Below the pieces are notes generated by a model. That model was not told where the DNA came from. It saw only the letters and a program-made list of their open reading frames with translations, and made no database searches. Below are positions 1 through 13,497 of a stretch of DNA of 64,000 nt, piece after piece. A program made the position numbers and the translations under genes. The number at the start of each line of letters is the position of its first letter. Position 1 is the first letter of the stretch. The stretch comes from Bilabrum cf. latius. Lineage: Eukaryota. The stretch is taken from NCBI GenBank assembly GCA_965178125.1, contig OZ237740.1:1426001-1490000 (forward strand), in the 5' to 3' direction.

Positions 1-542
1 ATGAAGTCACCAAGGGCGTCCGCATCCTGGATGCACCGGCGGCAGGCAGCACTGGCAGCCAATCCGAGACTTCCAAGAAGCGCGACCCGGCGGCACCCAC
101 CCCTGGGTCCCTCGCCCCCATGGAGGGGGTGGGCCCCTCCAGGGTGTGCGGTGCGGCGGCCATCGGGACCACCATCGCGACCCGGGTGCTCTACCTAGCC
201 CAGCCCATGGTGCTGCCCCCATTGCTCTTCGCGTGGCTGGACCAGCGGTCGTCGTGGTGGCAGGGGCTGGCTCGAGGAGGCACGGTGGCGAGAGGGCTGC
301 ACTTCGGGCTGAGAGTTGGCATCATCGGGCTGCAGTCGGCCGTAGCCACGCCCATGTGCGTGGCCCTGTTTGACCCTGTGCAAGCCATGCCCGTGTCCTG
401 GCTGGAGCAGAGCGTCAGGGAGGACGTCCGGGAGGCGCGCAGGCAGCGAGCGCGCTTCGGGCACGAGGGCAAGGATCTGCCGGAGGAGACAATCCGCCGC
501 GCCGAGTCTGAGTCTCCGGTGTATTTCTTCCGTGGTATTTGA
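1..542 (+). CDS. Sideroflexin / mitochondrial tricarboxylate-carrier family protein, 5'-partial
   Basis: Frame is open from position 3. 'TRVLYLAQPMVLPP...ATPMCVALF...VSWLE...VYFFRGI*' resembles the sideroflexin C-terminus (…VYFNKGL). Stop TGA 540-542. Confidence 0.75.
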   Translation, partial: EVTKGVRILDAPAAGSTGSQSETSKKRDPAAPTPGSLAPMEGVGPSRVCGAAAIGTTIATRVLYLAQPMVLPPLLFAWLDQRSSWWQGLARGGTVARGLHFGLRVGIIGLQSAVATPMCVALFDPVQAMPVSWLEQSVREDVREARRQRARFGHEGKDLPEETIRRAESESPVYFFRGI

Positions 543-632
543 GAGCGGAGACGCCCCCTCCTGCCAGTAGTGCGCATTCATGGCTGGTTGCTTGGCGTGC
601 ATGTGCCACGTGGATAGGCCAGTTGCATGGGT

Positions 633-1016
633 TCAATGTCCATCCCCGCTCGCTGCCTCCCCATTGGCAGGCCCTCCAGCCGATGATACTTCCTCCCTTG
701 TGGATGTATCAGCCCCGTCTTCCGTTACAGACTCCCCAGACCCTCCCTCTGACCCGGCTGCCTCCAATAACTTCTTTCTTCGGGCGGCGTTCCTCCTTGC
801 AACTAGCTTTCGGGTCCTCTCCTGCTCCGCGGGCGTCATTTTGTCCCAGTTCGAAATTTGAGACATCGTGCCGTCAGAGTTGAGCACGATTGGACCGAGG
901 TGATCAAACTTCATTTCGTCGGCACTGGGCACCGAGGCTGCCGCACTTCCATCTTCAAGCGCTAGTGTGCCGTCAGCCGAAGTGCCGTCTCCACCAGTGG
1001 GTATTTCACCAGCCAT
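633..1016 (-). CDS. Small conserved hypothetical protein (~127 aa)
   Basis: ATG at 1016, TGA at 633. The core 'KFDHLGPIVLNSDGTMSQISNWDKMTPAEQERTRKLVARRN' resembles an uncharacterised eukaryotic motif family. Confidence 0.6.
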   Translation of the reverse strand: MAGEIPTGGDGTSADGTLALEDGSAAASVPSADEMKFDHLGPIVLNSDGTMSQISNWDKMTPAEQERTRKLVARRNAARRKKLLEAAGSEGGSGESVTEDGADTSTREEVSSAGGPANGEAASGDGH

Positions 1017-1180
1017 AGCCTTGCAGAGGTTCAATGACCAAGAATTTGTAAAGATTGGTACAGCTGCCCACGTGAAAGGCAAGGCAGCCGGTTTTAATCT
1101 TCTTCTTGAAAGTTCAACACAGGCAGCCGGTTGCAACTGCCACTGGCACTGGATTGGATCCACCCGGGCCGGTGGACGCA

Positions 1181-4100
1181 TCACTCTAGCAGCTCATCAC
1201 CTGGTTTGGCAAGTGCTCGTGGTACCTTCTCTCGCACACCCGCCTCATGCCCCGCCCGCGCGCGAAGGTACGCCACCTCGTCCGCCCCGAGCGACGACGC
1301 CCCCACGGCGGCGGCCTCCTCTGGCAGCAGCTCGCCGTCGGCCTCCCGCTCCGATGGCCGCATCCAACGGAACACACCGGCCGTGGGCTCGCCCCGTCCG
1401 CCATACAGGGACTGGTACCCCCGCCCTTTCCTCCACGACCCACCACCCCCTCCATGCCCCCCACCTGCCTGCCCCTGCCCCTGCCCTTGCCCCTGCCCCT
1501 GCCCTCCCTCCAGCAGTGCCCTGTCCCTGCGCCTCGCCTCCGCCGCCTCCCTCGCTGCCATTCTACGGGCCCTCTTCACCCCGGCCTCGCCCCGCTTCAC
1601 CCCCGCGGGCACCTGCTTCGTGTCCCGCACCAGGTCGGGCCTCTCCCTCGCACGCACTTCCCTCGCCCTCGCGTCAGCTGCCTCGGCGCGGTCCGAGGCG
1701 CGAGCGAACACCTCCGCCACCACGTTGTTGAACCCGTTCACAACCACGCTGCCGTGCACAGGGCGCGCGTTCAGCCTCCGCGGCTCTCTCGCTGCCCCCA
1801 CCGCGTGATCGTGACCCGTGCCACTCACGAGCGTGCTGCCCCGCCGGACCACCCCTTGCTGGTGGAGGGGACCCAGCGGCCCGTCAGGGTCCGCCACCAC
1901 CCCGCCCAGCGGCAGGCCGCCCCTCCGGATGGAGGCCAGCCCCGCCCCGCCCCCCAAGTGAGCCTCTCGCAGAGCACGCAGGCCCTCGGGCCCCCGGCGC
2001 CGCGCCTCGAGGTATTCAGCGGCGGAGGGCGCGCGGGAGGCCGGTTGCAGCGGGTCTCTGCGCATGCCTGACGCGGCGCTGACACCTGCTGCCACGGTGC
2101 CGCCGCGCATGAGGAAGTCTCGGTCGTACCCGCGCGTGGGTCGCAGGGGCGATGCCACTACCAGCCCGCTTGTGCGGTACCTGGGATCGTATGTGGCCTC
2201 TGCATGCATCTGGGCCAAGGTCATGCCTTGGTCTTCATCCTCGTGCTCGCCGTACTCTTCATCATCCGTCGGTTCAGGAGACAGGGCCAATGAACCGGTC
2301 GTGCCGCGGCTCTGCATACCTCGGGGCACCAGCGCCATGTGGTCCAGCCCAGGCGCCTAGAAGCCGCCGTCCCCCTCCCCTTCCTCCTCCTGCTCGCCCC
2401 CCCTGCCCCGCATCCACGGTGTCCTCGCGCGGCCGTCAGTGTCATCGCCGCTGCCAGCCCCCACGGGGCCGATGGCACCCCGCCCGTCCCTTGCTGCCCG
2501 CTCGGCCTCGTCCTGCACCGCCTCCATGTCGGCTGCAGCGGCGGGGTCCTCGGTATTGAGCAGAAGAGGCCGCAACGGAAGGCCACCCCCCAACCCGCCG
2601 GGAGCGGCAGCCCCCGCCTGCACAACGGCCTCGCGCTCCCGCAGCCGCCCCAGCCGCTCCGCTCTCGGAGCCACGCCCGGTGCGGGCACAAGGCCCGTGT
2701 GATCCCGGCCCACCCAAGCGCGCCCCCTGCCCACCCTCACCTCCCCGAACCCGTCGTCCTTGACAGCGACCCTCTGGGCGGTGGCCTGCCGGATCACGCG
2801 GTACTCCCCCGGCTGGCCTTGTTCCCCCAGAGAGGGCGCCACCTCGTCGTAGGCGTCCACGCGGTAATACCCCGGCAGGCGGATCACCACGCAGCCGGAG
2901 GTGCCGGCCTGCGGGGGCCCCCTGCCGTCCGGCCCCGTGGCCCCCCGGCCGCCCTCCCCCACGGGCCTCCTCAGGCGCTCCACCTCGGAGGCCCCGACGG
3001 CCTCTGGCACCTTGACCAGCCGCACAGGCACGGGCCCGTCGGAGTCGCCCACCACCCCGAAGCCCTCTCCGGTCGACGGCGCGCCTGGCCCGTCCCCCCA
3101 TTCCACCGCCCCTGTCTGGATCGGGCTTTGTGGAATCGCCTGTCGCTGGCTGCCCAGGGGCACGAGGGCGAGCGCGTCGGTGTGGGTAGATCCGGAGGGA
3201 TCGGTGGAAGACAGCATTGAAGCCGCCGCTGTGGACGAGGCACCCAACAGCGAGGCACTCGGAGGAAGCCAGCCACCGGGACACCTGCCCCTCCCCGGCA
3301 GCAGCAGGGCATCGTAAGCCTCGCCGTGCAGGCGCCTGTGCTCCGCATCATCGTACGGAGCCGCAAGCGCGAAGGATGAACCGCCCCCGCCCCCGCCCAT
3401 CACCCCAGGAGTCCATCCACCCCCGCCCCCTCCGAACATGCCCGCACCCCCGCCCGCGCCCCCAGAGGCACCCTCTCCGCCCGCCAGACTGCCGCCAATC
3501 GCTCCCCCACGGAAGCCTCCCCGCCCACCCCCGGCCGTGCCCCCGTCCGCACCTGACCGCACAGCGTCCTCCTCCCATGGCCCGGCCACTGGCTCCGCCA
3601 GCCTCTTGCGCAGCTCCCTCCTGGCCTGCTCCATGTCCTTAGCAGCTGCCTCCGCAGCCCGGATCTCGTCGTCCTGCTCCTGGAGGGCATCCACTCGGGT
3701 GCGCGCAACTAGCCGCTTGCCGTGGTTGAGCCGCTTCTCGAGCGCGAGCCGGCGCTCCTTGGCCTCGTCGTCCTCCACCAGCACCACGGACTGGGCCCCG
3801 CCAGCGAGGGACCGCCCGCCCACCACCGTTATGCCGCCGTCCGCGTCAACGTTCCCTGCCCCCGCCGCGGCTGCTGCCTGCCTACGGGCCAGCACGAGCT
3901 CCCCGTCCTCCGCGGCCTCTCTCGCCTGCTTCTCTGCGGCTTCCTTTGCTTTGGCCTCTCCGTGTGCGTCGAACACGGCCTGCACCGTAGTATCGTCCTC
4001 GTACTGCCACTGGAACACCGTGGTGGTCCCGCCCGCGCCCAGTGTACTACCCTGCAACTTGGCGGCCTCTACCACGGCTGCTGCGGCAGAGTTCGCACTT

Positions 4101-7100
4101 GTTCTCTCGCCGCCGCGAGACATGCGGCGTGTGCTCCTGGTCCTGGCGCTGTTCAGCCCCGATCCATACTCAGCAGACCCTAGGGCGCTCGATCTGGCAG
4201 TGCTGCGGGCCACCTCCACCTCGCTCGCCGCCACGAATCCGGCCTCAGCCCCGGCCGAGGCGCCCTGCTACACCTGATCGCCCGCTGCCTCCCCGGCCCC
4301 GGAGCCCGCCACCCAGTCGGCCCACTTGCGCCACTGCCGCGCGACGAGGTCTCTGCTCTCCTCCTCGGACAGCCTCACGATCTCGCCCCCCTCTCGACCC
4401 TGCGATCGAGTGCCAGAGCTGCCGCCCCAAGCGACCCACGCGCCTCCGCCCGCGCGCCCAGGCCTCGTGCCTCCGCCACCTCCTCCCGCGGACAGCGCCA
4501 CGAGGATGTCCTCGGCTGCCCCCTCGCCGTCCTCCCCCCCTGCAGCCTCCTCCGCCGCCTCCCGCAGCACCTCGGCCTCGCCCTTCGCGGCCTCCTCTGC
4601 CGCCTGCTGCCACAGATTCACGTACCGGGGTCCATCCTGGGAGCCGCCGGCCCCGTGCGATCCACGCCCGCGACGTATTTGCTTCTTGCGCACGTACACG
4701 GCCGACATCCCACCCCCGCCGCCGCACGCGAACTGCTTGTTGAGCCCGTGCCCCGCACCTCCGCCTGGCCACCCACCCGCCGCGCTGCTCACACGGAACG
4801 GCTGCCTCCCCAATTCCTTCTCCCTCTCCCTCGCGTTGTAGGCCTCCTCCGTGAGGTGCCCCTATCTCCTGAGCGCCTCCTCCCTCTCCTGCTGCACCCG
4901 CCTCCTCCGCTTCTCTCCTGGGGCCAGGTGAGCCTGGAAGGACCTGCCTTCATCCGCGTCGTCCCCGCGCTTCCACGCCGATGTGGACACCTCCTCTTGC
5001 CCTGCCTCTGCACCTGCCCCCGCCTTGCCTTCGCCCTCCCCAACTGCATCCGCAGACTGGTGTGTCCCTTGGCTGGCCTTCCACATCGCCTCGGCCTCTT
5101 CCTCGGACCGTCCGAACTCGCCCGCGCCGCCTCCCTGCCCCACCACGCAGATGATCAAGTCGCCAGGCTCCACCGCGATGATCGTCTCGACGTACCCACC
5201 GCCCCCACCATCCCCGTGCCGTCCTCCAGCAACGCGCCCACCTCCGCCCCCCGCCCCCCACACCTACACCATCACCTCCTTGACGTGCGAGGGCACGCGG
5301 TACACGTGCTGCCCCGCCACCCGGAATACCCGCAGCCCAAGCTGCCGCAGGAACTTGGCACGGTGCTCTCGTCTGTCGCCCAGGCGCACCATCGCACCGT
5401 CTCCCGGCAGGTCCGACTTCACCAGTTTCTCAGGGTCATCCGCTTCATTGCTGCGGAACTCTGCCTCGCGGCGCCGCTCGTTGTCTTCCCTGGCCTCCCT
5501 CGCCAGCCTGGCCCTCTCCTCCCTGTCCAGCTTGGCTTGCAGCAGACGGGGGCCCTCTTTCAGCCAGCGCTCCACGGGCAGGGACACGCCGTCGAACTGC
5601 ACCACGCGCAGCGGAGACTCCTTCGATTCCCAACGCTCGCGCCGCCGCCACCCCAGCCACGCGCCGTCCCCCCATTCGCTCGCGTAGATGCAAGCCTCCT
5701 GGCGAGCACGCGCAGTCTGGAGAGCCGACAGCATCGGACCCAGCACTCTGAGCCTCTCTGGCATCCCAGCTGCCGGCGAGCCGCTGGTGCCTGCTGGCCC
5801 AGTCTCCGATCCTGTGCCATCACCGCGCACCCCCTACAGCTATACCTGGCTGCCACCACCCTCGGACGTGTCCGCCGCCCCTGCCGCTCTCGACCCCCCC
5901 CCATGCGCAGAGATGGGCCGTGACGCGGACTCGCCCATCGCGGACGCTCGCTCTCCGGCAGTAGCCCCTCCCGAAGCATCGTCCGCGCCGCGACCGCCGG
6001 ATCCCCGCTCTTCCTTCTGCACCCGTGGCGCATGCATCGGCCTCGACTCCACCGGCCCGCTGGTGGCAGGCCTCGGGACTGGCACTGGCACGATCCCAGC
6101 GCCCGACGCCCCGTCACCGCCGGCCCCAGACACGGTGGCTGGCCTCTGCATGGCGCCCTCGGGCAGACCCTCCACCACGCTGGAGCGGGGCGCCAGCGGC
6201 TCCACGGGCCCCAGCCGCATGTGACGAGTGGCCTTCCGGCGGCCCCCATGTCTGGCCCTCTGCTTGGTGGGGAGCCGCCTCGAGTCGATGGCGGCGTCAG
6301 GGGGATGCGCCTGTCGCGCCGATAGCTGTTTCATGCGCTCTGCCTCGTCTTCATCGTCCTCGCCGGTGGCCTTGCGGGAGGACGAGGCCCGAGACAGGCC
6401 CAGGGCGGGTATGCCGCCAGCTGCAGGATGGCGACTCGAGTTGGGGCTCGGCGGGCGCGGCGGCTTGCCGGAGGACGCTGGAGCACCGCCTGGCTCCTCC
6501 ACTGCGCTTGGCTTGCCCCCTTTCGACTTGCTCTCCTGCTATCCATCGGATGCACTCCCATTGTCACCCTCCCCTTCTTCTTCTCTTTGTTCCCCAGTCT
6601 CGGCGCCAGGAGCATCCTCGGGCTCCGGCATGGCTTTCTGCAGCCTCCTGCTGTACTCGCGGACAGAAGGAGTGGCAATGGTGGCCCGCACTGCGGAGTC
6701 GAGTGCAGGTGCGCCCCCCTTTGCCTCTCGACTCATGTCACTCGCCAAGCTGCTGCGCCCGCGGCCTCTCCCCCTCTTGCTGCCCTCTGTGTCGCCCCCG
6801 CTCGCCATGCTGTCCCTCCCCCAGTCGCTCTCCGAGTCAGAGCTGAACCCATCCGCTGAGGGGCCCACGCCGAAGGACCGCTCCGAGCCGGTTGGGCTGC
6901 GCGCCCGCTAGCTCGGTCGCCTGCTGTTGCGGATTGCAGCCGCCTTCTTGAGCTGAGCCTCCCTTCGAGCAGCAGCCCTGTCCCGCACGCGCGCGACCGC
7001 CTCATCCCCGGCCCGCAGCGCCGCTCGGTATGCTGCCACTGTCTCGCTGTCGACCCCCCAAAAGAGCGACTGGATTCCCCCGGCCTCGGGTTCAGCAAAC

Positions 7101-10100
7101 TTGCTGCCCTCCTCTCCACTGCCACCACCCTTGCTATCGTCACCATCTCCAGCGTCCGCCTGGGCCTCGCCCCTCGCCAGATCCCACGCAGCCACCGCCG
7201 CCATCTGCTCCTCCACCCTCAGCGCCTCTGCCTCTGTCCTCAACACATCCAGGGGAGACCGACCCGCCACATCGGGGCAAGCTACCTCCGCCCCGAACTC
7301 GTTGAGCAGGGCCAGAGCGCACTGCAGATGGCCCTGCGTGCGCCGACGAGAACGAGGCATGGCGGCGGAGTGCAGCGGAGACTCACCCCTCCGATTTGGC
7401 ACGTGAACTAGTGTGCCTAGCATGGTCACGGCCACCAGACGGATGAAATCAGGGCATGAGAGCGCCTGATCCGGGTACCTGCCAGGCCCCAGCGCCCTGT
7501 CCGCAGCGATCCGTCGGATAGGTTCCCAGAGACGCCGAGTGGGAGCGGGGGGCCACGGCAGCACCGCGTGCAGCGGAACATCCCCGGCGCCGCGCGTGGC
7601 CTCCATCAGCCTGGCATAGTCGTCCCTGACCGGCAGCATGCGAGCTCCGTCCGCCTGGCTTCCAGGGCCACCGCCCTCCGCCTCGTTCGCGTAGTGAGCT
7701 GCGAACAAGGCCGCCTCGCGAAGCCGGGCCGCCCTCCTCTGCCGAGCTGCGGCCCAGGAGCCCTTGCGCCAGAACGGCCTGCCTGCGTCGTCCTCTTCCA
7801 CCGCGGGGCCTCCAGCACGGTCTCTTGACACTCCCCCTTTCCCATACCGATTTCGCCCCCGCCTCCGCCCCTGCCCACCCTCTTCCTGCTCGTGCTCGCG
7901 CTCGTGCTGCTCATGGTGCTCCCCCACAAACACGCGATAGGCCTCCTTGACCAGCGCGTCCGCCCAGCCGAGCCGGAATACCTGCCTCTCCCACTTGTCC
8001 AGGCGCCGGGAGACCTCCCCTCGGTACGTCTCCGCGCACGCTTGCACAAAGGGCACGGACACGACGTGCATGAGCACAGCCTGCCGGCAGTGCCGTAGCA
8101 GCAGCTGCATGAACTCGCTGTGGCCCCGCTCGGCCGCCACGTGCACGGGCGTGTCACCGTACCTGTCTCTGGGCAGCGCGACGGCGCCCCAGTCCACCAG
8201 CAGACACCCAGCCATGGCCAAGTCGCCCCGCCTCGCCGCCCAGTGCAGTGCAGTGCGCCCCTGCCGGTCCCTGCCCTCTGTCCCAGCGCCTGCCTCCAGC
8301 AGCATCATCAGCGCCTCCGCGTGCCCCAGCCGGGCCGCCACCAGCAGAGGGGGGTCCCCAGTGGCAGGAGAAGGTTCGTCAGGGTCCGCCCCGCCGATGA
8401 GAAACCGCAGGATGGCGGGGCAGTCGTTCCTGGCCACAGCCGCCCAGAGAGACACCACGCCCTGGGTGCCGCCAGCGCTCCCGCCCAGCCGCTGCGTGAA
8501 TCCCTCCAGTTCAGTCCAGCCTGGGCCCGCGCCAGGGCCCGGTCCTGCAGGTGCGCCCGGCCCGATGTAGGGGCCACGCAGCTTCAGGTGCATGCGTGGG
8601 ACGGCTGTGTTGCCTGCACCATCGTGCGGTGCACCCATGCCCTATGGCACGCCCGCATCGCTGCCATCTCGGGCATCTGCGACGGGCGGGGGCAGTGCAT
8701 AGGTGGGCGCAGCCGCGAGCATGGGCGCCAGCCTGCCCCCGTTCATGACCAGCAGCTCATAGTCACGCATCGCGTGGAAACCGGCGCTCTCGCGAGCAGC
8801 CTCGTCTCCACCCGCGGCGCCCATCGCGCTCCCCACGCCCCCGTAGGTGGCAGCTGCGGCGGGTCCCGGATGCACCGCGCGCCCCGCCCCCGTCCTCCCC
8901 GAGCTCCCCACGCCCCCGCCCTGCAGCGCCTCCACCACTGCCACCGCATGTGCAGAGGAAGCCGCCTCGAAGTCCTGCTCCATGACACCCCGCCATCCGC
9001 TGCTGCCCACCGCCGCCTCGGCCAGCCAGCCGCCAGTGACCAAGGAGGGCCCCAGCAGCTGCGCCGTGCGCTGCCGGAGCACCTCGGCCTCCACTCCGCT
9101 GTGGGCCCCCAGCAACCCCGCCCGCATCGGGCCGCCGGACTAGGAGCTCCCCGGCCGCATGAGCTCCAGCGCCCGCTCCACGGTCCCCAGCCCGGGGAGA
9201 CCCCCCACCGCAGAGGGGTCAAACCCCGCCCCCGGCCTGTTCCCCCGCTGCGAGCCCTGCGTCATGCGAATCATCGCCGTGGCGAGCGCCTCCCGCTCCT
9301 GCCGCAGCTGGTGCGGTCCCACGGCCCGCGGGCCCCCTGCCATGGAGGGAGGCGCGGCCCGGATGGCGGGCAGCAGCGCCATGCCCGCGTGCCTGACATC
9401 CCTCGCCACAAAGGCGGGCCCGAACACGGCTGACTTTGGGTCGAACCGGGGCTGCCGCTGCAACTCCCTCACGCTCTCCTCGGCGAATGACTTAGAGGAC
9501 ACGCCTGCCGTGGGCACCCTCCGGCCGATGCGCCGCGTGCTGGCTCCTGAGAACTCTGAGAGACCCCCCTGCGACTGCAGCCCGCGAGAGGGGAGGTGCG
9601 ACCTGGAGTATCCGCCCTGTGCCGAGCCAGTGCCGCGGGAGGGCAGCCGGGCCACGCGAGGCGCCATTGCATGGGGGGGCAGGGAGTCGTGCGCAAGCTG
9701 TGCCGCGGACTCCGGGCGGCTGGCGTCCGCGGTGGGGAGCCGCCTCGCCCTCCTCGCAGAGTCCTGGCCCGTGTCCACGGCGCCCTGCACGGAGGCAGCC
9801 AGCCGATTCGCGCGCATGGCGGCGGGCAGCTGGGCGTTCTGCGCCAGCAGAGCACGCATGGCCATGCCTCCGGGACGATCCAGGCCTTCGGACCGCAACT
9901 CCTGCGCGATCTGGCTGCCACCTCCACCCCAGCCCATGCCTCCCCCGAGACCCCCATCGCCACCACCGGAGCCGGCAGATGGCCCCTAGTCTAGTCCAGC
10001 TAGTCGAGGCACCAACGGTCGCTTGCTGAGGCGCGACCCTGCCTTCTCTTCCTCCTCCTCCTCCTCCTCCTCCTCCTCCTCCTCATGCCGCCTATCGCGA

Positions 10101-13100
10101 GCCCGGGCCCGGGCCTTATCCTTTTCCCTTCGAGTGGCCTCCTGCCGCAGCTCGGCTTGGTACAGCGCGTAGTAGGAGGGCGCCGCATCACGGGTGCCCG
10201 GGCGACTGGACTGCTACTCTGCTGCCTCGCCGCTCTCCAGCTCACCGCCCTGGCCCGGTGCCTGCTGGCCCCACCCCCCGTCCACAATTACCATGGTGCC
10301 GCGCTGCCTCTCCCCACTGAGGCCCAGGTCGTATGCAGTGCTGAGCTTCCCTCCAGCTGCACCCGGCCCTCTACCACCCGCTCCCCCGCTCCCCGGCAGC
10401 CCACTCTCCGCTGCCTGTCTCGCCACTGCCTCCGCCTGCATCCTGCCCAGTTCCTCCCTCGTCTCGCGCAGCACCGCTTCGTGCCTCCCCACGGGCCCCA
10501 GCCCAGCCGTCTTGGCCTCGGCCCGTGCCAGGGCCAGGGAGGCCTCCTCGGCCAGGACCCGCCCCCCATCCTCCACCCTGCCCCCTGCCTGGGCCTCCCG
10601 AGCCTCTTTCTCGCGCCGGGCTCGCATCTCCCAGCCCAGCTGCCCGTCCAGCGCCCCACCTGCCAGACCCTCAGTCTGACTCGCGTCGTACTGCGCAGCT
10701 CGGCTGTCAGCAGCCGCCGCCGCTCTCACCCCCTCCGCCTCGGACGTCCCCTGCGCCCCCGCTCCGCCGCCTACTCCACCTCGCCTCGCGTCCCTCGCCG
10801 GCTCGACGAGAGCGCGATACCTGGCTGCAGCCTCAGAGGCCTCCAGGTCGCCCACTCCCACCCGCAGCTCGGAACGCGCGTGCTCCGTGGCGTGAAGCGC
10901 ACGCTGCAGCTCACCCGCGACTTGTTCCTCCACACGCACCTGGCGAGCCGCCGCCCGCTGGGAGGCCCTCACGGCCGCCTGTCGCACCGCGGCTCGAGGC
11001 AGACCCATGGGCCCGCCCCGGGGCGGGGGCTGCCCACTGAACCCTCCCGCCACTCCGCCTGCCGACGGCGGAGCATCTCCCCGGAGCGTCTGCACCAGTG
11101 CGGGGTGCTGCACGGGGTCTAGGCCGGCTCTGACCATCATGCTCAGCAGCACCTGCCCACCCACGCCGCGTGCGAGGCAGTGCCGCACCCACCGGCCCCA
11201 CGCGGGGGGCAGGGGCTCTCCGTTGAGCCCAGTGCTGCTGAGGCGCTGCCGGGGGTCCTGCAGGTTCAGCGGAAGCAGCGGGGGTTCGTGCGAGAACGCG
11301 TCTGCGGCAGAGCGCCCCTTGGTATTCTAGTGGCTGCCCTGCACACGCACACGGAGCGTGCCTCTGCCACCGGCCACCCTGTGCCTGAAATCGGAGTCGG
11401 TGGGCATGGGCTGCAAAGTCGCGGTTAAGGGCCGAGAAGCAGACGTACTACCGAGCTCTTCTTCTTCGTCTCGAGACTCACGCTGGGATCCTTCCCGCGT
11501 CGGTTTCCGGGCCGAGTGCGTAGGGGACATATCCGGGGAAGGGGCCCCGCCCTCCGAGGGACTGCCTCCTCCTCCTCCTCCTCCTCCTTCACCGCTTCCC
11601 GCGCCCGGCCTGATGCCCCCGAGAGGCAGACGGGGGATGCGTGGTGTCAGAGCGAGCGCACCGTGACTGGCTCCAGCTGGCGACCTCGGGGCCAGACCAC
11701 CCCCCGCGCTCAATGGCCCCAGACTCCGAGGCCCTCCCCCTAACCCCCCCCCAGCCCCAGCCCCAGCCCATCCATCCCCAGTGAGAGCAGGTTCAGAGCC
11801 CGCACCTGGAGTGGTAGTCTCTGCGTCCTTCAGGGCAAGCATCGCCGCTGTGTGCACGCGCCCCAGCCCCCGCAGCGCCTGCGGCCCATCTGGCATGCCA
11901 CCCGCCACGCGCAGCGCCGCCACCGCCTCCACCACCTCCATCAGTGCCCCGCACAGCGCGGGCCGGAAGCCCTTCCTGCTCAGCGTGGCTAGCACCTCCC
12001 AAGGGGGCACCCCCCTCCACAGGTTGTCCTCGGCCCATGCGAACCACCCGTGCGGGATGCAACCGGGGGACACGCGCAGCCCAGGGACCCACTCCCGCAT
12101 GCGGGCCAGGGCGCGCCTGGCTGCCTGTGCCTTAGCCGCCTGGCTCGTGCGGCCGATCCCCTCCACCACCCGCTTTTCAACGACCCTACGCAGGCGAGGG
12201 GGGCGGGGCGCCCTCCTGACCGCTCGGGCGGCCTGCCTGGCGGCCCTGGGCAGCTTGGGCCAGGCCACGGGCAGCACCCGCACTTTGTTCTCCGCCAGGG
12301 ACAGACGGGGGACGGACAGACGGGAGCGGGACCGTCCTTTGCGACCGTGCTTGCCGTGCCTCCGCCGGCCCGACCCACCCCTCGCCCCTCTCCCAGTGCC
12401 TCTCGCCGAATCCGCCCCCCTGCCCCGCGCGCTCTCCCTCGCCATCCAGTCGTCCAGGTCATCACCGCTCGAGGCACTCGCCGCACTCGTCACAACGGAC
12501 ACGTCCTCCCGTCCACTGCCCTCCTCCTCGCCACCTTTCATGCCCCCTCTTGACTAGATCTAGCCACCGACCGATGGTACCGTGCCCGCCTCCCCTGTGC
12601 CGTCCCTGAACGAGCCGGGCAAGCGGCCCCCGTCCAGCGCCTCGACCCACTCGCCCTCCAGCTCCACGCGCATCACGAACGTGTCCACCACAGAGGTACC
12701 ACCCTTGCGGTGCTCCAGCAGACGCCAGTTGAGCGCCAGCCCGCGCACAGCCGCCTGCTCCTCCAGCACAGTCACGGCGCTTCCGCCGAAGATCTCTAGC
12801 AGAGCAGCGGCCCCGCGGAGGCGACCGCGCGCGGGCAGCGCAGCACGAGACGCGCCAAGCACTCTATTGCGAGATGCTCTTGGATCGGCAGTGGTGAGAC
12901 CCTGCCGAAGAGAGTGTACTAGCGTAACGTACTCTGCAAAATCCAGAGCCCCGCTTCCATCCTCGTCCATAGCATGAAAGAGGCGCTCTGCCTCGGCTTC
13001 CACGTTCCCATCCACTTCAACATCCTCTGTCTATGCAAGAGCGAGCACGACCTCCTCTAGCTCCAGTCCACCACTCCCGTCCACGTCTAGCTGCGAAGCG

Positions 13101-13290
13101 GCAGAGCGATGGTGCATGCATTGTGAGTTCGGCCTCGAATGAGTTCGGCGGCTTGCGATGTTCAGCCAAGCGGGAAGAACACACTTACTTGCTTAAAAGA
13201 CTGCCTCAGCTCGTCTATCTCTTGCGGCGAGAAATCGTTCTGCAGTGCTACTGGCACCACAAGTGCAGGTTGGGTCTGTGGGAGGCTCAT
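1181..13290 (-). CDS. Giant (~4003 aa) protein with N-terminal EF-hand pair, ankyrin repeats and long low-complexity/coiled-coil regions; requires TAG=Gln
   Basis: Model complement(join(1181..13090,13189..13290)), with intron 13091-13188 (GTAAGT...CGCAG). Thirteen listed minus-strand ORF pieces share one frame and are separated only by TAG (16 in-frame TAG, no TAA/TGA until TGA at 1181). EF hands 'DVDGSGGLELEE' and 'DEDGSGALDFAE'; ankyrin motifs 'GRTALHWAARRG', 'GDTPVHVAAERGH', 'GESPLHSAA'. Confidence 0.8.
10049..10084 (-). repeat. (GAG)n trinucleotide tract encoding poly-Glu in the giant protein
   Basis: Run of (cct)n on the + strand, in frame as GAG codons on the - strand. Confidence 0.85.
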
Positions 13291-13497
13291 AGTATCTCTG
13301 ATGCTGCCGACCGCGAGGCCACGCTGCAGAGACGCCACTTAATCGCAACAAAAATACATGTCGCTTGCAAACGACAACCACGTCGATGGGTATTTTTGGG
13401 AAAACTTACATTTGATACGTTGGATTTGTTGCGTGCCCTTTTTACAGTTGCAGCAACAGTAGTTTCACTTCGGGATCCCGAGGCTCTAGCAGGCAAA

